From: Macrostomum lignano
Lineage: Eukaryota
Assembly: GCA_002269645.1 (NCBI GenBank)
Contig: NIVC01000085.1
Location: 558,001-622,000 of the forward strand
Length of the DNA: 64,000 bases
Direction of reading: 5' to 3'
The position numbers and the translations under genes were made by a program. Numbering within the stretch: the first letter of the stretch is position 1; the number at the start of each line of letters is the position of its first letter. Under the pieces are notes generated by a model that did no database searches, was not told where the DNA came from, and saw nothing but the letters and a program-made list of their open reading frames with translations. Positions 50,530 to 62,371 of the stretch are shown in pieces.

Positions 50530-53500
50530 TCACTCGTAGCGCAGCCGGTCAGGTTCGGCTCTCGCCCTGGTCGAACGTCGAAGTAGCGCCTCAGAGCTCA
50601 ACTCTGGTGCCTGGCCAGGCGTCTCTGCAGGAGCCTCTGGTTGATCGTCAGGCACCTCGACACATGGCGCTTGCTCGGCTTCGGAAGGCGCCGGAGGCTC
50701 CGGCGGCTTGCGCACTTGATCGATGTGCCGACGGACTTCTCGACCATCGTCGAACTGGCAAGAGAAAGACGCAGCCGCAAAGCAGTTGGTCACAACAGCA
50801 GGCTTCCACCTGCCGTCAGCAGCGAAGTCCCTCGCGACGACTGCGTCGCCCATCTCGATGCGGCGGTCATGGGCATGGGCGTCGTGTTGTTGATTTTGCA
50901 TTGCTTGTTGGAGCGCCACCCTGGCCTGTAGGTCAGGCCAAACTCGATCGAGCAGTGTGTGCAGCCGCCTTCCCATCAGCAATTTGCAAGGTGGCGCGCC
51001 GGTCGTCGCATGGGGCGTCACACGGTAGGTAAGCAGGAAGCGCGCCACTCGATCTTCTAGTGAGCCGTCTTTTTGCTTAGCGAGCGACTTCTTCAGGGTC
51101 TGGACAGCGCGCTCCGCTTGGCCATTTGACGCCAGGTGGTACGGGGCAGTTCGTACGTGCCGGATGCCGTTCCGCTGCAGAAAATCTTCCATTTCATCGC
51201 TGACCAGGTTGCGCCCATTGTCCGTCACGATGATGTCCGGCAGCCCATGTGTAGCGAAGCTCTGCCGCAGCCGCTGGATGGTTGCCGTGGAAGTTGCTGA
51301 CGCCAACACATGTACCTCCATCCACTTGGAATGGGCGTCGACAATCACCAGCAGCATTTTCCCTTCGATCGGACCCGCAAAATCCAGATGAAGGCGCGAC
51401 CACGGCCTGTCAGGCCAGGCCCAGGGATGCAGCGGCGCAGGCCCCGGTGACTTCTGCAGCTCCTGGCAGTCCGAACAAGCGCCGGCGAGCTGCTCAATTG
51501 CCTCGTCCAGCTTTGGCCACCAGAAGAAGCTGCGGGCCAGCGCCTTCATTCTAGATGCGCCCTGGTGTCCTTGGTGCAAACAATGGAGAAGGGCTGTCCG
51601 GCCTGCCTCTGGAACGATGACTCGAGTTCCCCAGAGAAGGCAGCCGTCTTGAGTACTCAGCTGGTCGGCCCTGGATCTGTACGGCTGCAACTCCGGCACG
51701 GTCCGCTCAGGCCAGTTGCCGACCTCCGTGAAGCGCAGTGCCTTTGACAGGATCGGGTCAGTTCGGGTCCAGGCTCGAATGTCGCCGGCGGTCACTGGCC
51801 CTTCGCCCAGCATGTCCATGACCAGGACAACGTCCGCAGGTGTCAGGGCCTTCGTCGGTCTTTCAGGCAGTGGCAGTCGGCTCAGTTCGTCTGCACGCAG
51901 TAGTGATTTGCCAGATCGGTGTTCCATCGAGTAGCTGTAGCCCGCCAGGATGAGCGCCCACCTCTGAATCCTTCCGGACGCCATGGCGGGAATCGGCTTA
52001 GACTCATGCAGGAGTCCTAGCAACGGCTTGTGGTCGCTGACGAGGGTGAATTTCCGGCCGTAAAGGTAAGAGTGAAATCTTTTTACCCCGAAAACGATCG
52101 CCAGAGCTTCTTTGTCCAGTTGCGAGTACTTCGCCTCGGCATCGTGCAGGGAACGCGAAGCGAAAGCGATCGGTCGATCGCAACCGTCAACCCGATGACT
52201 GATGACGGCGCCGATGCCGTACGGAGAGGCATCGCACTCCAGCACCAACGGCTTTGTGTCGTCGAAATGCGCGAGGACCGGCGCTTTGGCGAGCAGCGCC
52301 TTGCACTTCTTAAAGGCGGCATCCTGCGAAGCGCCCCAGCACCAGTTGGCGCCTTGGTTTAGCAAGCGGTGCAGCGGGGCCAACTCGGCTGACAGGTTCG
52401 GCAGGAACTTGCTGTAATAGTTGACCATTCCGAGGAAGCTGCGTAACTGGGTCACGTCCTGCGGTGCCGGAGCGTCCACGATGGCACGCACTTTGTCTTG
52501 CAGGGGATGCAGGCCAGCGGCATCGATCCGATGACCCAGATAGCAGCCGCTGTCCTGCATGAAGTTACACTTGCTCAGGCCGCAGCGCAGTCCACTTTGG
52601 TGCAGCCGCTGCAGCACCTGTTCCAGCGATTGCAAATGGCTCTCGTCGTCAACCCCCGGTGATAATCAGGTCATCGATGAAGCAGGCCACATGGGGAATG
52701 GTCTGCAGCAGGCTGTCCATGTGGCGCTGGAAAATTCCAACGGCCGGAGCGACACCAAACGGGAGGCGGGTATAGCGAAGCAGGTTTTTGGAAGTGTTTA
52801 TAGTGCAGATCTGCTGGGCAGCTTCATCGAGCGGCATCTGGGAGTAAGCCTGCGAAAATTCCAGCTTAGTGAGCTTTTTTCCTCCTGCCAGCTTTGCAAA
52901 AAGTTCCTCGATTCGCGGCAAGGGGTACTTGTCCGGCTCCACGGCGAGGTTGACGGTCTGCTTAAAGTCGGCACAGATGCGCACGGTGCCGTCTGATTTC
53001 AGAACGGGAACAATCGGCGATGCATAATCTGAGCTGCTGACTGGCTTGAGCACGCCCTGCTCAATCTCCTTTTCGAGTTGAGCCTCCACCTTAGCCTTGA
53101 GCGCAAACGGAACGTTGCAAGCTTTGAAAAAGCGAGGCCGGGCATCAGGCTTCAAATGCAGTTGCACAGGTGGACCGTTGTACTGACCCAATCCGGGCTC
53201 GAAAACAGCTGCATACTTTTCCAGCAAGGCTCGGATTCTGGGGTGCTCGCCGTCTTTTTGCACCTGGTTGATGCTTCTCCAGTCAAGCGGCAAGCCGGCC
53301 AGCCAGTTCCGGCCGATCAGATTCGATCCGGAGCCCTTGACGACGAGTAGCGGGAGCTCCTTGGAGATCTCTCCGATACGCACGCAGACGTTGATTTTGC
53401 CGAGAAGAGGAACCGGCTCCCCTGAATACGTACGTAGCTGTGCGTTGGCCGGCTCCAGCTTGGGCAGCCCACGGAGCTCAGAGCGAAAAGTATCCGATGA

Positions 53501-54371
53501 GATGAGCGAGACGGATGCACCAGTGTCAATATCCATTCGAACAGGCGTCTCCTCGATGATGACAGTCGTCTCAATCGGGGGAATCTTGGTCCTCGGCTCA
53601 GCCATCACATGCAGCGTGTGCGCCTCCTCTTGGTCCACCTCCACCTCTCTAACGGCCTGGTCTGTGCGACGATTGGCAGCTGCTGGCGACTTGCAGGCCG
53701 CAGCTGTGTGGCCCACCTTCGAGCAGTTGAAACACTTCTTTTCCAGAAAGGGACACTTGCTTGCCACATGTCTCTGGGAGAGGCATCTGAAACAGCGCTT
53801 CGCTAGAGCCGTCTGTCTGGCGATCTGGAAGGCCTCTTGGCTAGCGGATTTCGTCACAAGCGAGTTGCCTTCAGCAGCCAAGGCCTGAGCCTGTGCCAGA
53901 GTCAACGCGGTGTCAAGCGTCAAATTTTTCTCTGACAGCAGTCTCCGCTGGATGGTGTCGTCATTAATGCCGAGCACGAGGCGGTCTCTGAGCATGGCAC
54001 TCAGGCTGTCACCGAAGTTGCAATCCTGCGCCAATCTGCGCAGCTCGGCGAGAAAGTCGGCGATGGTTTCGCAAGGCTGACGGCCGCGGCTGTAAAACCG
54101 GAAACGGAGCACAATCTCGGGCGGTGCAGGATCAAAATGATCTTTTTAACTTTTCGCAGATCGTAGCGTAGTCAGACTTGGCCGGCTCTTGCGGAGACAG
54201 CAGGCTGGCGATCAGCTGGTAGGTCTACCTGCCGCAGACGCTCAGAAGAACCGCACGCTGCTTTTCAGGTCTGATGTCGTTCGCCTCGAAGAACTGCTCC
54301 AATCTGGCTTGATACTGCTGCCATTTTTCACTCCCCTCTTCAAAGGGTTCAATTGAGCCCAACAAGCTCAT
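50530..54371 (-). CDS. gag-pol polyprotein (gag, 2 CCHC, protease, RT, RNase H, integrase), disrupted by 1 stop and 2 homopolymer frameshifts
   Basis: MSLLGSIEPF start at 54371; CFRC/CFNC knuckles; DIDTGAS; CFIDDLII; LECDASPYGIG; HQGHQG...WWP...C..C; IVTDNG; SNGQAERAVQT. TAG near 54225; extra A near 54147; extra G near 52653. Confidence 0.92.
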
Positions 54372-54384
54372 GGCTCGTCGCCAG

Positions 54385-54549
54385 TGTAAAGACTTCACTT
54401 TAGATTGTAGAACGTACATGAGTAAGAGAGTACATCAAGATATTGTAGGAAGGCGCACAGAGCGAAACAGGTAAAAACACCACCCCCAAACACTGAATAA
54501 AGTACAAGCTAACATCACTAACAAAAATCAACCCAGCCAAGTCACCACA
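54385..54549 (-). repeat. 5' LTR, with PBS at 54374-54383
   Basis: Matches 50279-50443 except for one A/G difference. Confidence 0.96.
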
Positions 54550-57500
54550 TGATAAATAGGCAATTAGATACATAGCATGCACGGTGAGCAATTATTTAGG
54601 CCCTAGACAAACCTACTTGGAGCGTCAGAGATTTTAAAGCTATTGATCCTAATCGCCTATCGCCGGTCGGCGAGTCCTACCAGTCTTTCTCCAATAGCCG
54701 CAGGTACAGTACAAGAAAAGAAAGAACACGAGGGAACACGAACCGAAGATTTAGAGAGTGATGATCCTATGATACAACTGATAAATGGCTAGACGATTTA
54801 ATTTGATACTTCAAGTTACAAGATTCAAATTAAAAGCGGCGCAGATAACTAGAGTTGACAAAACGACGATAACGGTTAATAATAATAATTAGATTACGCA
54901 ACTGGCAAGCAGATCTCAGCTTGAAGAAGAGGAAGAAGAACCGAACACGACCACGGAGAAGACTCCTAACCCCTGGCCTAAACCAGAACCTACTCTCGAA
55001 CGAGAGCCCTGCCGAACCGACCGTTCATCGGAGTACCGACTAAATTCTATCGGCACTGCCCTTCAGTGTGACACTGAGGCCCTCGGGGTCGAGGCCGCGT
55101 ACTTGATCAGATCCGACAGTCTCTATCTAAACCGCGCTCGATAGCGACGACGTCAGACAAGGATGCCGAATCGTTACGCTACAAGACTGAAGCGGTTGGG
55201 CGGGGACAAGATATGGACCGGGGTGACGAAATCAAAACGCCTCAAAGCGCGAACCAAAGGGAAACAGGCCACCGGCCGGGAAGCTGGAACACAAACCAAA
55301 ACCGGGGACGGAGCAGGAAAGAGAAGGGAAAAAGTGAGATCCGATTGCCAAACACACATTCATATATAGTCAGAGTCACAACCCCTCAAAACCCCCTCAA
55401 GCCGGGTGGTGGTCGTCTGGCCGGCCGCTTGCTTAAGCCGAATTGCACTGTGCCCGCGGCGCCGGGTACAATTGGAACTTGCCGCGTGCCAGGGTCCAGG
55501 CCGGTTCTGATTGGCTGACCGCGCAAAGCTGGGGTTCGCAGAAAACTCAACCCTCCGCTGAGTCACAAATGGCGTCTGACTTCTAGCCTGTTTACGCAAA
55601 ATAAACCCTAACTAACAAGAAAAAGTACTCCAAAACGCATGACTAAACTAAAGCAAAATGATAATTCAATAAAAATATAGAAACTAATACAATCAATTAA
55701 CTAACAAAATACACGCAAAGATGCTCACACTACATAGTCGAGCAAGCGGGGTCCGTCGTCGGAGATTGTGGACAGCGCTAGGTGTGATCCAAAGACCTCC
55801 CCTCGGGTGTCGGCTGTGGCCCGGCAGTCCAGAATCAGGTGTCTGAGGTCTTCCTCGGACGGCACCGCAGGCTGGGCATGTGGCGGAGGGCTTTAGGCCA
55901 ATGCGGTAGCGGTATTTGCGGAGGCGGGGGCAGTGGCTAGTCCTTAGCTGGGCCAGAGTCACTTGGGCTTCACGCCCGAAGGCTGAGGGTAAGCGTCCGG
56001 GTCGCCTCCCGCCTGTCGCTGTCCTGTGGGTCGCGCAGTGGTCGTCGTTGGCCTTGGTTTGGCCGAAATCTGTCGTTGTCAAAGCAGCGATAGCCAAGCG
56101 GGCGCTGTGGAAGTCCAGCGGGGCAGCCGCGCCGCGTCGTTTAGTCGGAAGTCGCAATGGCCGGGGACCCACTGGATCATGACGTGGTGGCCCGGCGGGG
56201 TTTTGCAGAGCATCGACCAGATGTCCCGGCAGCATGGTGAGATGCGCGGCGAGGGTCCGGCTTGGAGGCTTTGGAGCAAGGACTGGGAGTCCGTGGCGCA
56301 CAGGAGTTCACCGTTGCCCGGCCAGGGGAGCATGTCAAAGGCCGCTTGCAGGCCCAGTCAGAGGGCGCATTCCTCAGCCCTAAAAGACGAGGTGAAGCTG
56401 CCAGCTGGGGCCTGGAGGCGGTGAGGCTGTCCAAAAATGATCAGGACTGCACCTGCTCCTCTGCGTGAGGTGCCGCCATACGCAGAGCCGTCCGTCCAGA
56501 GCTGCAGATCCGGTTGTGGGAGAGCTGCGAGGGTTTCAAGGGCGGCGGCTTTGTAGATGTAGGGCGGGTCTTCGCACGGTGGAGCTCCGGGGCGATGGTG
56601 ATACAGTTGTTGTCTTGCCAGGGGGGGGACCGGCGCGTTGTCCTGCGACGTTGGATAGCGGCATGGCTCCTGAAGGTGAGCTGTGGGTCCAGGTAGACGC
56701 CAAGCAGCTTCGAGTGCAGCTCGAAAGGGGCCTGGGTGTCGCCGAGCATGATGCGCGGCGACACCTTGCCATTGGTTTCCCTCGGGTCAAGCGAGAAGTA
56801 CGTAACGACGGAATTGAGCACTGTAAGGTCCACCTTCCAGGTTTGGGACCACTGCAGGAGCCAGTCTGCCGCCCGTTGCAGCGCCTCCTCACACTCGCGA
56901 ACGTTAGATCCTTGTGCTCCGAAGGTGGTGTCGTCGGCGTAGGCCAGAGTCAGGACGTCCTCGGGCGCGTCGTCCAGAAGGTCGTCCACTATCCATAGAC
57001 TATCCATAGACTATGGTAGACTATTCATAGGGTCGGGGCGAGAACCGAACCCTGTGCAAGGCCGTCGGAGAAGACGAGGGTCCCGCTCTTGGTTCCGTTC
57101 TAGGTAACGAGGGCGTGTCTATCGGAGAGGAATCTTCTGAGCCAAAGGTTCATGCAGGTTGGGACCCCCTTAAGATGCAAATTGACGGTCTGGGCATTGC
57201 GCCACACACGGTCGTAAGCCCTGGAGAAGTCGCCAAAGAGAAGCGCAGAGCGCTGGGCTGGCTTCTTGGCTTGGAGTCCGTCGAACACGTACTGTGTGGC
57301 GGCCGTGATCTGTTCCTCAGTCGATCGGTATCGTCGAAAGCCGGCCTCCGCCGGGTTGATGCGGCCACCGTCCTCCAGGAGTTGAGTGAGGCGCTCGTTC
57401 ACCATTCTTTCGGCGACTCTAGCGACGCATGATAGGAGGCATATTAGCCGGTAATTGCCGGTGAGATTTGGCGGTTTGTCAGGCTTCGGAATAGGGCGGA

Positions 57501-59172
57501 TGTCGCCTAGGCACCAGGCAGCAGGGAACTCCGCCTTGCGCCACGAAAGGTTGATAGTGTAAGGGAGAAAGGCCTTGCCGCGCTCCGGGAGGTTCTTCAA
57601 AATCAGGTTGGAAACACCATCAAGATAAGATATGCTCGGGATAGCGAGAAGGGCTCGGTCCAGGTCTTGTGGCGTAAAATCTGCGCAGCTGTCAGAGGGC
57701 TCCTTTTGCAGAAAAGGTCGGCTTTTGGCGATCGGTGACGGCTTCGCGGGCTCTTGATGGTGGCCGACGGCCGCCAGGCCGGTGTGCGGCCGTCAAGGAC
57801 TCGGATGGTTCTCCAAAGGTCTGCCGACTTCAGTTCAGCTTGGTGGCCGCTGATTAACTCTTGCCACAGTGATTCTTTGGCTTTGCGGGTGGCCTCGGCG
57901 GCGGTGTCTGCGGCGACCTGGAAGGCTGTGGCGAGCTCGTCGTTATTCGGGTTCGCCCCGAGGTTCTCCAGAGCTATGCGACGGGCAGCGCAGGCGTTTT
58001 CGGCTACGGGGCACCACCAAGCAATGGGGCGCGTCGGGCGACTTTGGGGATTGCCTTGTTTGCCGCGCGGAGGATGGTGTTGGCGAGCTTGGCCGCAGCT
58101 CCGGAGGCGGTACGTGGGGGGGGGGGGGCGGTTTGTCCAATGTTGCAGTTCGGCGTCGATGGTATGCCGGAAGAGGTCCCAGTTGGCTTTCTGGTAGGCA
58201 AAGCGCGTCATACGTTTGGTGCGGCTTGGACGGCGTGCTATGGAGGCGATGTCGATCACAATCGCGAGGTGGTCGGAGCCGATATGCGGGCGCGTCGGCC
58301 ACTCGATACGATCCTGCCAGCCAGCCGGGGCGAAGATGTAAGGGGCGCTGGGCACTCCTCTTGGGCTGATCGTTGAGAGCGACGTAGTCGTTGCTGGTGG
58401 CCCAGCTTTCGAGTTCAGCGCCAAGGGCGTCTTCGGAGTTGCATCTGGCGTCCCACATCCTATGGTGTGCGTTGATGTCGCCCAGGATGATGGTGTCCCG
58501 GCCACTCGGGAGCCAGTCCGGGTCGAAGCCGTTTGGCCGGTTATCTCCCGCTCTGACAGGGGGGATGTACAAGTTGATGATGTTGACAGGACAGCCAATG
58601 CGTTGGTCGTGGACGGTGATGGCGGAGGCTTCTGCTGCAGAGGTGGCCTCGTTGATTGGGGTAAGAGCAAGCTCAGCGTAGTCTTTGCCCTCTTTGATAA
58701 GAAACCAGACTCCTCCGTGATGGGAGTTTGCCGCGTCCCCCGCGCGGTTTATGGCTCTGTCCTTTTTGACAGCGAGTTGCCAGCCAGGCAGGCGCGGGAT
58801 GTTGTTCTTGGCTCCGAGGTTCGTCTCTTCGATGCAGGCAATGTCAGCCTTCCATTGGTCAAGGAAGCTCAGGAGCTCAAGGCGGCGGCTACGGAGCCCA
58901 GCGACGTTGATTTGTATGATGCGAAAACTAGAGAGTCGGTTCCCGTTAAGACGGGTCATCTGTGGGTCCGTTGGCGCTGGCGGCGGCATCTGGCAGGCCT
59001 GGCAATTGCGGCAGTGCCAGGGGGCCCGGGAGCGGTGCAGGGCGTTCAGCTCCTTGATGCTGAGGCCGCTGCACTTGGCGTGCCACCAACTGTGGAAGCC
59101 GCGTCAGAGAGATGAATAGCCACCGTCTACGTTGGATTGGCATCCGCCGCATGGAAATTCCGGGGCAGGATC

Positions 59173-59260
59173 TGGTCCCGGGTTGCTTTCAATGTCTCCG
59201 GCACGGAGAAGCTGCTGGCCGAGGTGAGCCGGATTGGTTCGGCCAGCTGGGAAAAACCCG
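59173..59260 (-). other. 2A (StopGo) ribosome-skipping peptide, QLLRAGDIESNPG/P
   Basis: Exact D(V/I)ExNPGP consensus at 59196-59173, in the same frame as the downstream PHD and APE domains. Confidence 0.85.
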
Positions 59261-59303
59261 CGCAGGGCGTGCTCGACGTACTCCGGGGGAGTACCAGGGG
59301 GTT

Positions 59304-59367
59304 TGCTGCACTTTGCCAGGGAGTCCCCGGACGGTCCCGCCACGAGTAGGCGGCAGCATTGGGAAGC
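59304..59367 (-). ncRNA. Candidate HDV-like self-cleaving ribozyme at the LINE 5' end
   Basis: Manual fold: P2 UGCUGC/GCAGCA, P3-L3 GCC-UACUCGU-GGC, P4 CCGGGG-ACU-CCCUGG, J4/2 C-AAA. P1 has only 4 bp (UCCC/GGGA). Confidence 0.6.
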
Positions 59368-59559
59368 ACGCTGGGTAATAAATTAGCTTCAGTAATAAAT
59401 TCTATGCTCCAGTTTAGCTAAGCAAATTGTTAATACATCATTTATCTGACATGATAGCAGCATTTCCAAAGATGGCAAACTTCGGTATGAAGTATGAGGC
59501 ATTTGATACAAATTGTGATGCTGGAGTTACCGAGTCCCCCAATTTCTCTTAGAAACGGT

Positions 59560-61300
59560 GTTGTCAGCATCCGAAAATATAGATATTGAGCATTATACAA
59601 CCAGCTATGTTGCTTACAATACTTACAAAATCGAACCCTTAACTACTTATCGCTGTACACCCTGGCAAAGAACTCGAATCTCTGTCCACGCGCTCTTGTC
59701 TGCTACGGGCACTGCTTCCAGCCAGCCAGAGAAAGCATCAGCCAGCACCAGGATCAGGCCGGCTCCTGACACGTGAGCATGGTCCATGTGCACCCGCTTC
59801 AACGGCGTCTCCTCGTACGAGTAGACAGTGGTCGAATCCTCGTACCTGTTTTGCACTACTTCACAAACCGTTCGATATCCTCGTAGTGACCCGGCCACCA
59901 TGCTTCACATTTGAGTCGATTTCAAGTCGGCCAGTGCTCCGCTGTGGGTTACTCCGTGAGCTGCATGCCGAATTTTACTACGGACAGTGGCAGGCGGAAC
60001 TAGCAGGTCTACGCAGCATACGACGTCGTTTTCGATCGTAAACTAATGACGACAGCTTCGATGGACGTTTTTCTGGATCCGGCGCTTGATGCTCTTGAGC
60101 ACTGCGCGATGTCTGTGCCCTGGTAGATCTCCCTGGTGGAGAAACTCCATCAATAGACCGAGCTTTTGCTGACTTGCGGTGTCGCCAAATCGTTCAATGT
60201 TGTCATCGCTGATGGCTGAAGAAAGATTGCGAAATTTGTGCGCCACTTTCAGTATGAAAATATGTAGCAGTATTCCTCAAAATTTTCCGAGACAGCGACG
60301 CACTTGGCACCTGGCCAATTTGGCATGCAAACATGAGCTTCATTCATCATTCTCCTGTGTTCAAGCCTGACGTAAACTGAGCTGCCTCGCCGAATCTCCC
60401 ATTGCCGGTGTTATTGCTGGAGCCATCCAGCCATACCCAGGCACCTGTTGTGAGGGGGTTGCACTACGCACGGAGATGCAGAACTTTTGATGGCGGCCTG
60501 CATTTACATGCAAGCTATTGGTGATAAAATGGTGATAGAAGGAAGCGAATGAATTAGCTAGCATTTTTTTCCTATCAACGCACTAGATATTCAGAAAGTT
60601 AAGGAGCGTTCGCCCCTTCAAAATCAGCAGCAGTGTGCTCTGCTGACCAGCTCAGCGGAACTTTTGGCACATTCGAAGCGCGGAATCGCACATAGCCTTC
60701 CCACTGGACAAGTGAAAGCAGATCCCAGCGTAAGCAATGAAGTTCATTGAACACCAAGACATGGAGGCTCCACTCAGAGTAATCTGGGCTGGAAAACCGA
60801 CTTCCGATGATCACGTCAAGTTTCATCCACCTAAAGTGGTACAAGTGAGGCATGGATAGTTTCTCTTTCGCCCTGTGGGTCTCAAACTGCAAGTAATAAA
60901 GAAACATATCAGATGCTCCATCAGAAATAGTTCAGAATGACTAGAAAAAGCTCTCCTACCACCCAGGTGACTTCGCTGACATTCAAAGTGCATTATACGC
61001 CAATTAGCTCTTCACCTGAGATGTAAAACTGCACGGGCAAGTTTACCCTGGTGTAAATGAACTTGATGTGGTAGTCGGACGGAAATTCGAAGTTCAGATT
61101 TGAGGAGTTCAGAGAAACTGCGATGTAGTACTGATTCTGGGCGACGTTATAGCACGCTAAGAAGGTAACGTTATTGAAAATGTATACATTCTATTTTAAA
61201 CTAAATAAAATATCTTTCTCGTGACCTGCCTGAATCGCCAGGGTATTCGATCAAGCTTAGTTTCAGAATTGGGCGCTTCTCGAATCTCAGCCTGTAGAGA
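59560..61300 (-). mobile_element. Gypsy pol relic (integrase with upstream remnants)
   Basis: PLKRVHMDHAHVSGAGLILVLADAFSGWLEAVP and an LHQG...H zinc-binding remnant. Confidence 0.65.
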
Positions 61301-62300
61301 TATCAGTCTCGCTCAAACAGGGTTGGGAAAATATCTTTGCATTGGCTGGAGCTCGTCTTCTGGTCTGGGTACGAGTTGCTACAAGAGTATTTAGTGCACC
61401 TTTGCGAGGACATTCAGTTCATTAGTTGCAGTGACTCACTATATAGCTAGCATCAATGCTACCTCTGATGTTCCGCTCTGGGGATGGACGATGGATTTCT
61501 GACCTCTGAGTCTGGTCACATACCCAAGAAGATCAGTTGCTCGCAGCACTGCACCTCTGGTGACGAGTCCCGTGATACTGAAAACCTAAGGCAGTTGCAG
61601 ACAAAAAGTTCCCGAAGTCTTCAGAAGAAATTTCCATGAACTTCGATTTCATAAACTCGCAGAAACGCAGACGACAAAGCTGTTGCATTCCATTGAGCTA
61701 CGATTTCGACATTAAGTGCAGGCTAAGTTTAGTATAAATTTGTCTTAACACTAGCACTTGCACTGCCAATCCAACAGAAATTCAACTCACCTCATGCACC
61801 TCAGTTCCCCATGGAAACCGAATTAGTGACTTTAAATTGGCGTCAACTCTTCGACCGATTGTGTAGAAACTTGAACAGACTGGTCACAGTTGCTGGGTAG
61901 AGCATGTGATCGTTTAAGAGGCCAAGTTGATAGTCATTGCTTCACACTGCATATTTGCTTCTCAATGAAACCAACTTTAAAAGCGAAGCGACATACTTGT
62001 GCTCTTTGCAGTAGCAGAGCTAATGGACCACACTATGAAATAGTTGATAAAGCGTCTCGAACTGAATGGCACTCCGATGAAGGCAGGAGAGCTGGTCTGG
62101 ACCGGACTCACCCAGAATCCGGGACCTCTGTTGCCATCAAGACAGAAAGTTTGCTCTGACATCGGAGGACGTCACTGCCTGACTGTCGTGAATTGGTATG
62201 GGTTGCGGCCGATGTGGGGGTTCATACCTATGGGAAGATAATAGTGTATTTTGTTACAGTGTTCTCGCAGATTTTATAGATTTTAAGGCAGCCTCACAAA

Positions 62301-62371
62301 GGCTGTAGCCCAGTGGTCTAGCGCGGCGCTCTTATGTGCCAGCTGCCCAGGCTCGATTCCAAGTGCAGCCA
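62301..62371 (+). other. tRNA-like sequence (SINE head or tRNA pseudogene)
   Basis: A-box TAGCCCAGTGG and B-box GGCTCGATTCC; terminal GGCTG/CAGCC pairing; the anticodon arm does not pair. Confidence 0.5.

Larger units (their letters stand above)
50279..54549 (-). mobile_element. Full-length Ty3/Gypsy (Mag-type) LTR retrotransposon, 4271 bp, recent insertion
   Basis: 165-bp LTRs differ at one position; 5-bp TSD TGATA (50274-50278 and 54550-54554); PBS TGGCGACGAG; PPT GGGGAGGAG; single gag-pol frame. Confidence 0.97.
55700..59375 (-). mobile_element. Non-LTR retrotransposon, Ingi/I-group-like (2A - PHD - APE - RT - RNase H - CCHC), degenerate
   Basis: GDIESNPGP; PHD-like CGGC...WWHAKC...WHCRNC; APE IIQINVAGL, ACIEET and ILGDINAHH; RT WCLGDIRPIPKP, GFRRYRST, DFSRAYD, QGSVLAP and YADD; RNase H WTDGS, TDSQS and QWVPGHC; C-terminal LAQLRTSH...CPACG. 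Confidence 0.9.

Noticed and set aside
55600-59400. Target-site duplication for the LINE
   Set aside because: I found no matching flanking repeat or clear 3' tail, so the element ends are approximate.
62301-62371. Functional tRNA gene
   Set aside because: The anticodon and T stems do not pair properly, so it is kept only as tRNA-like.
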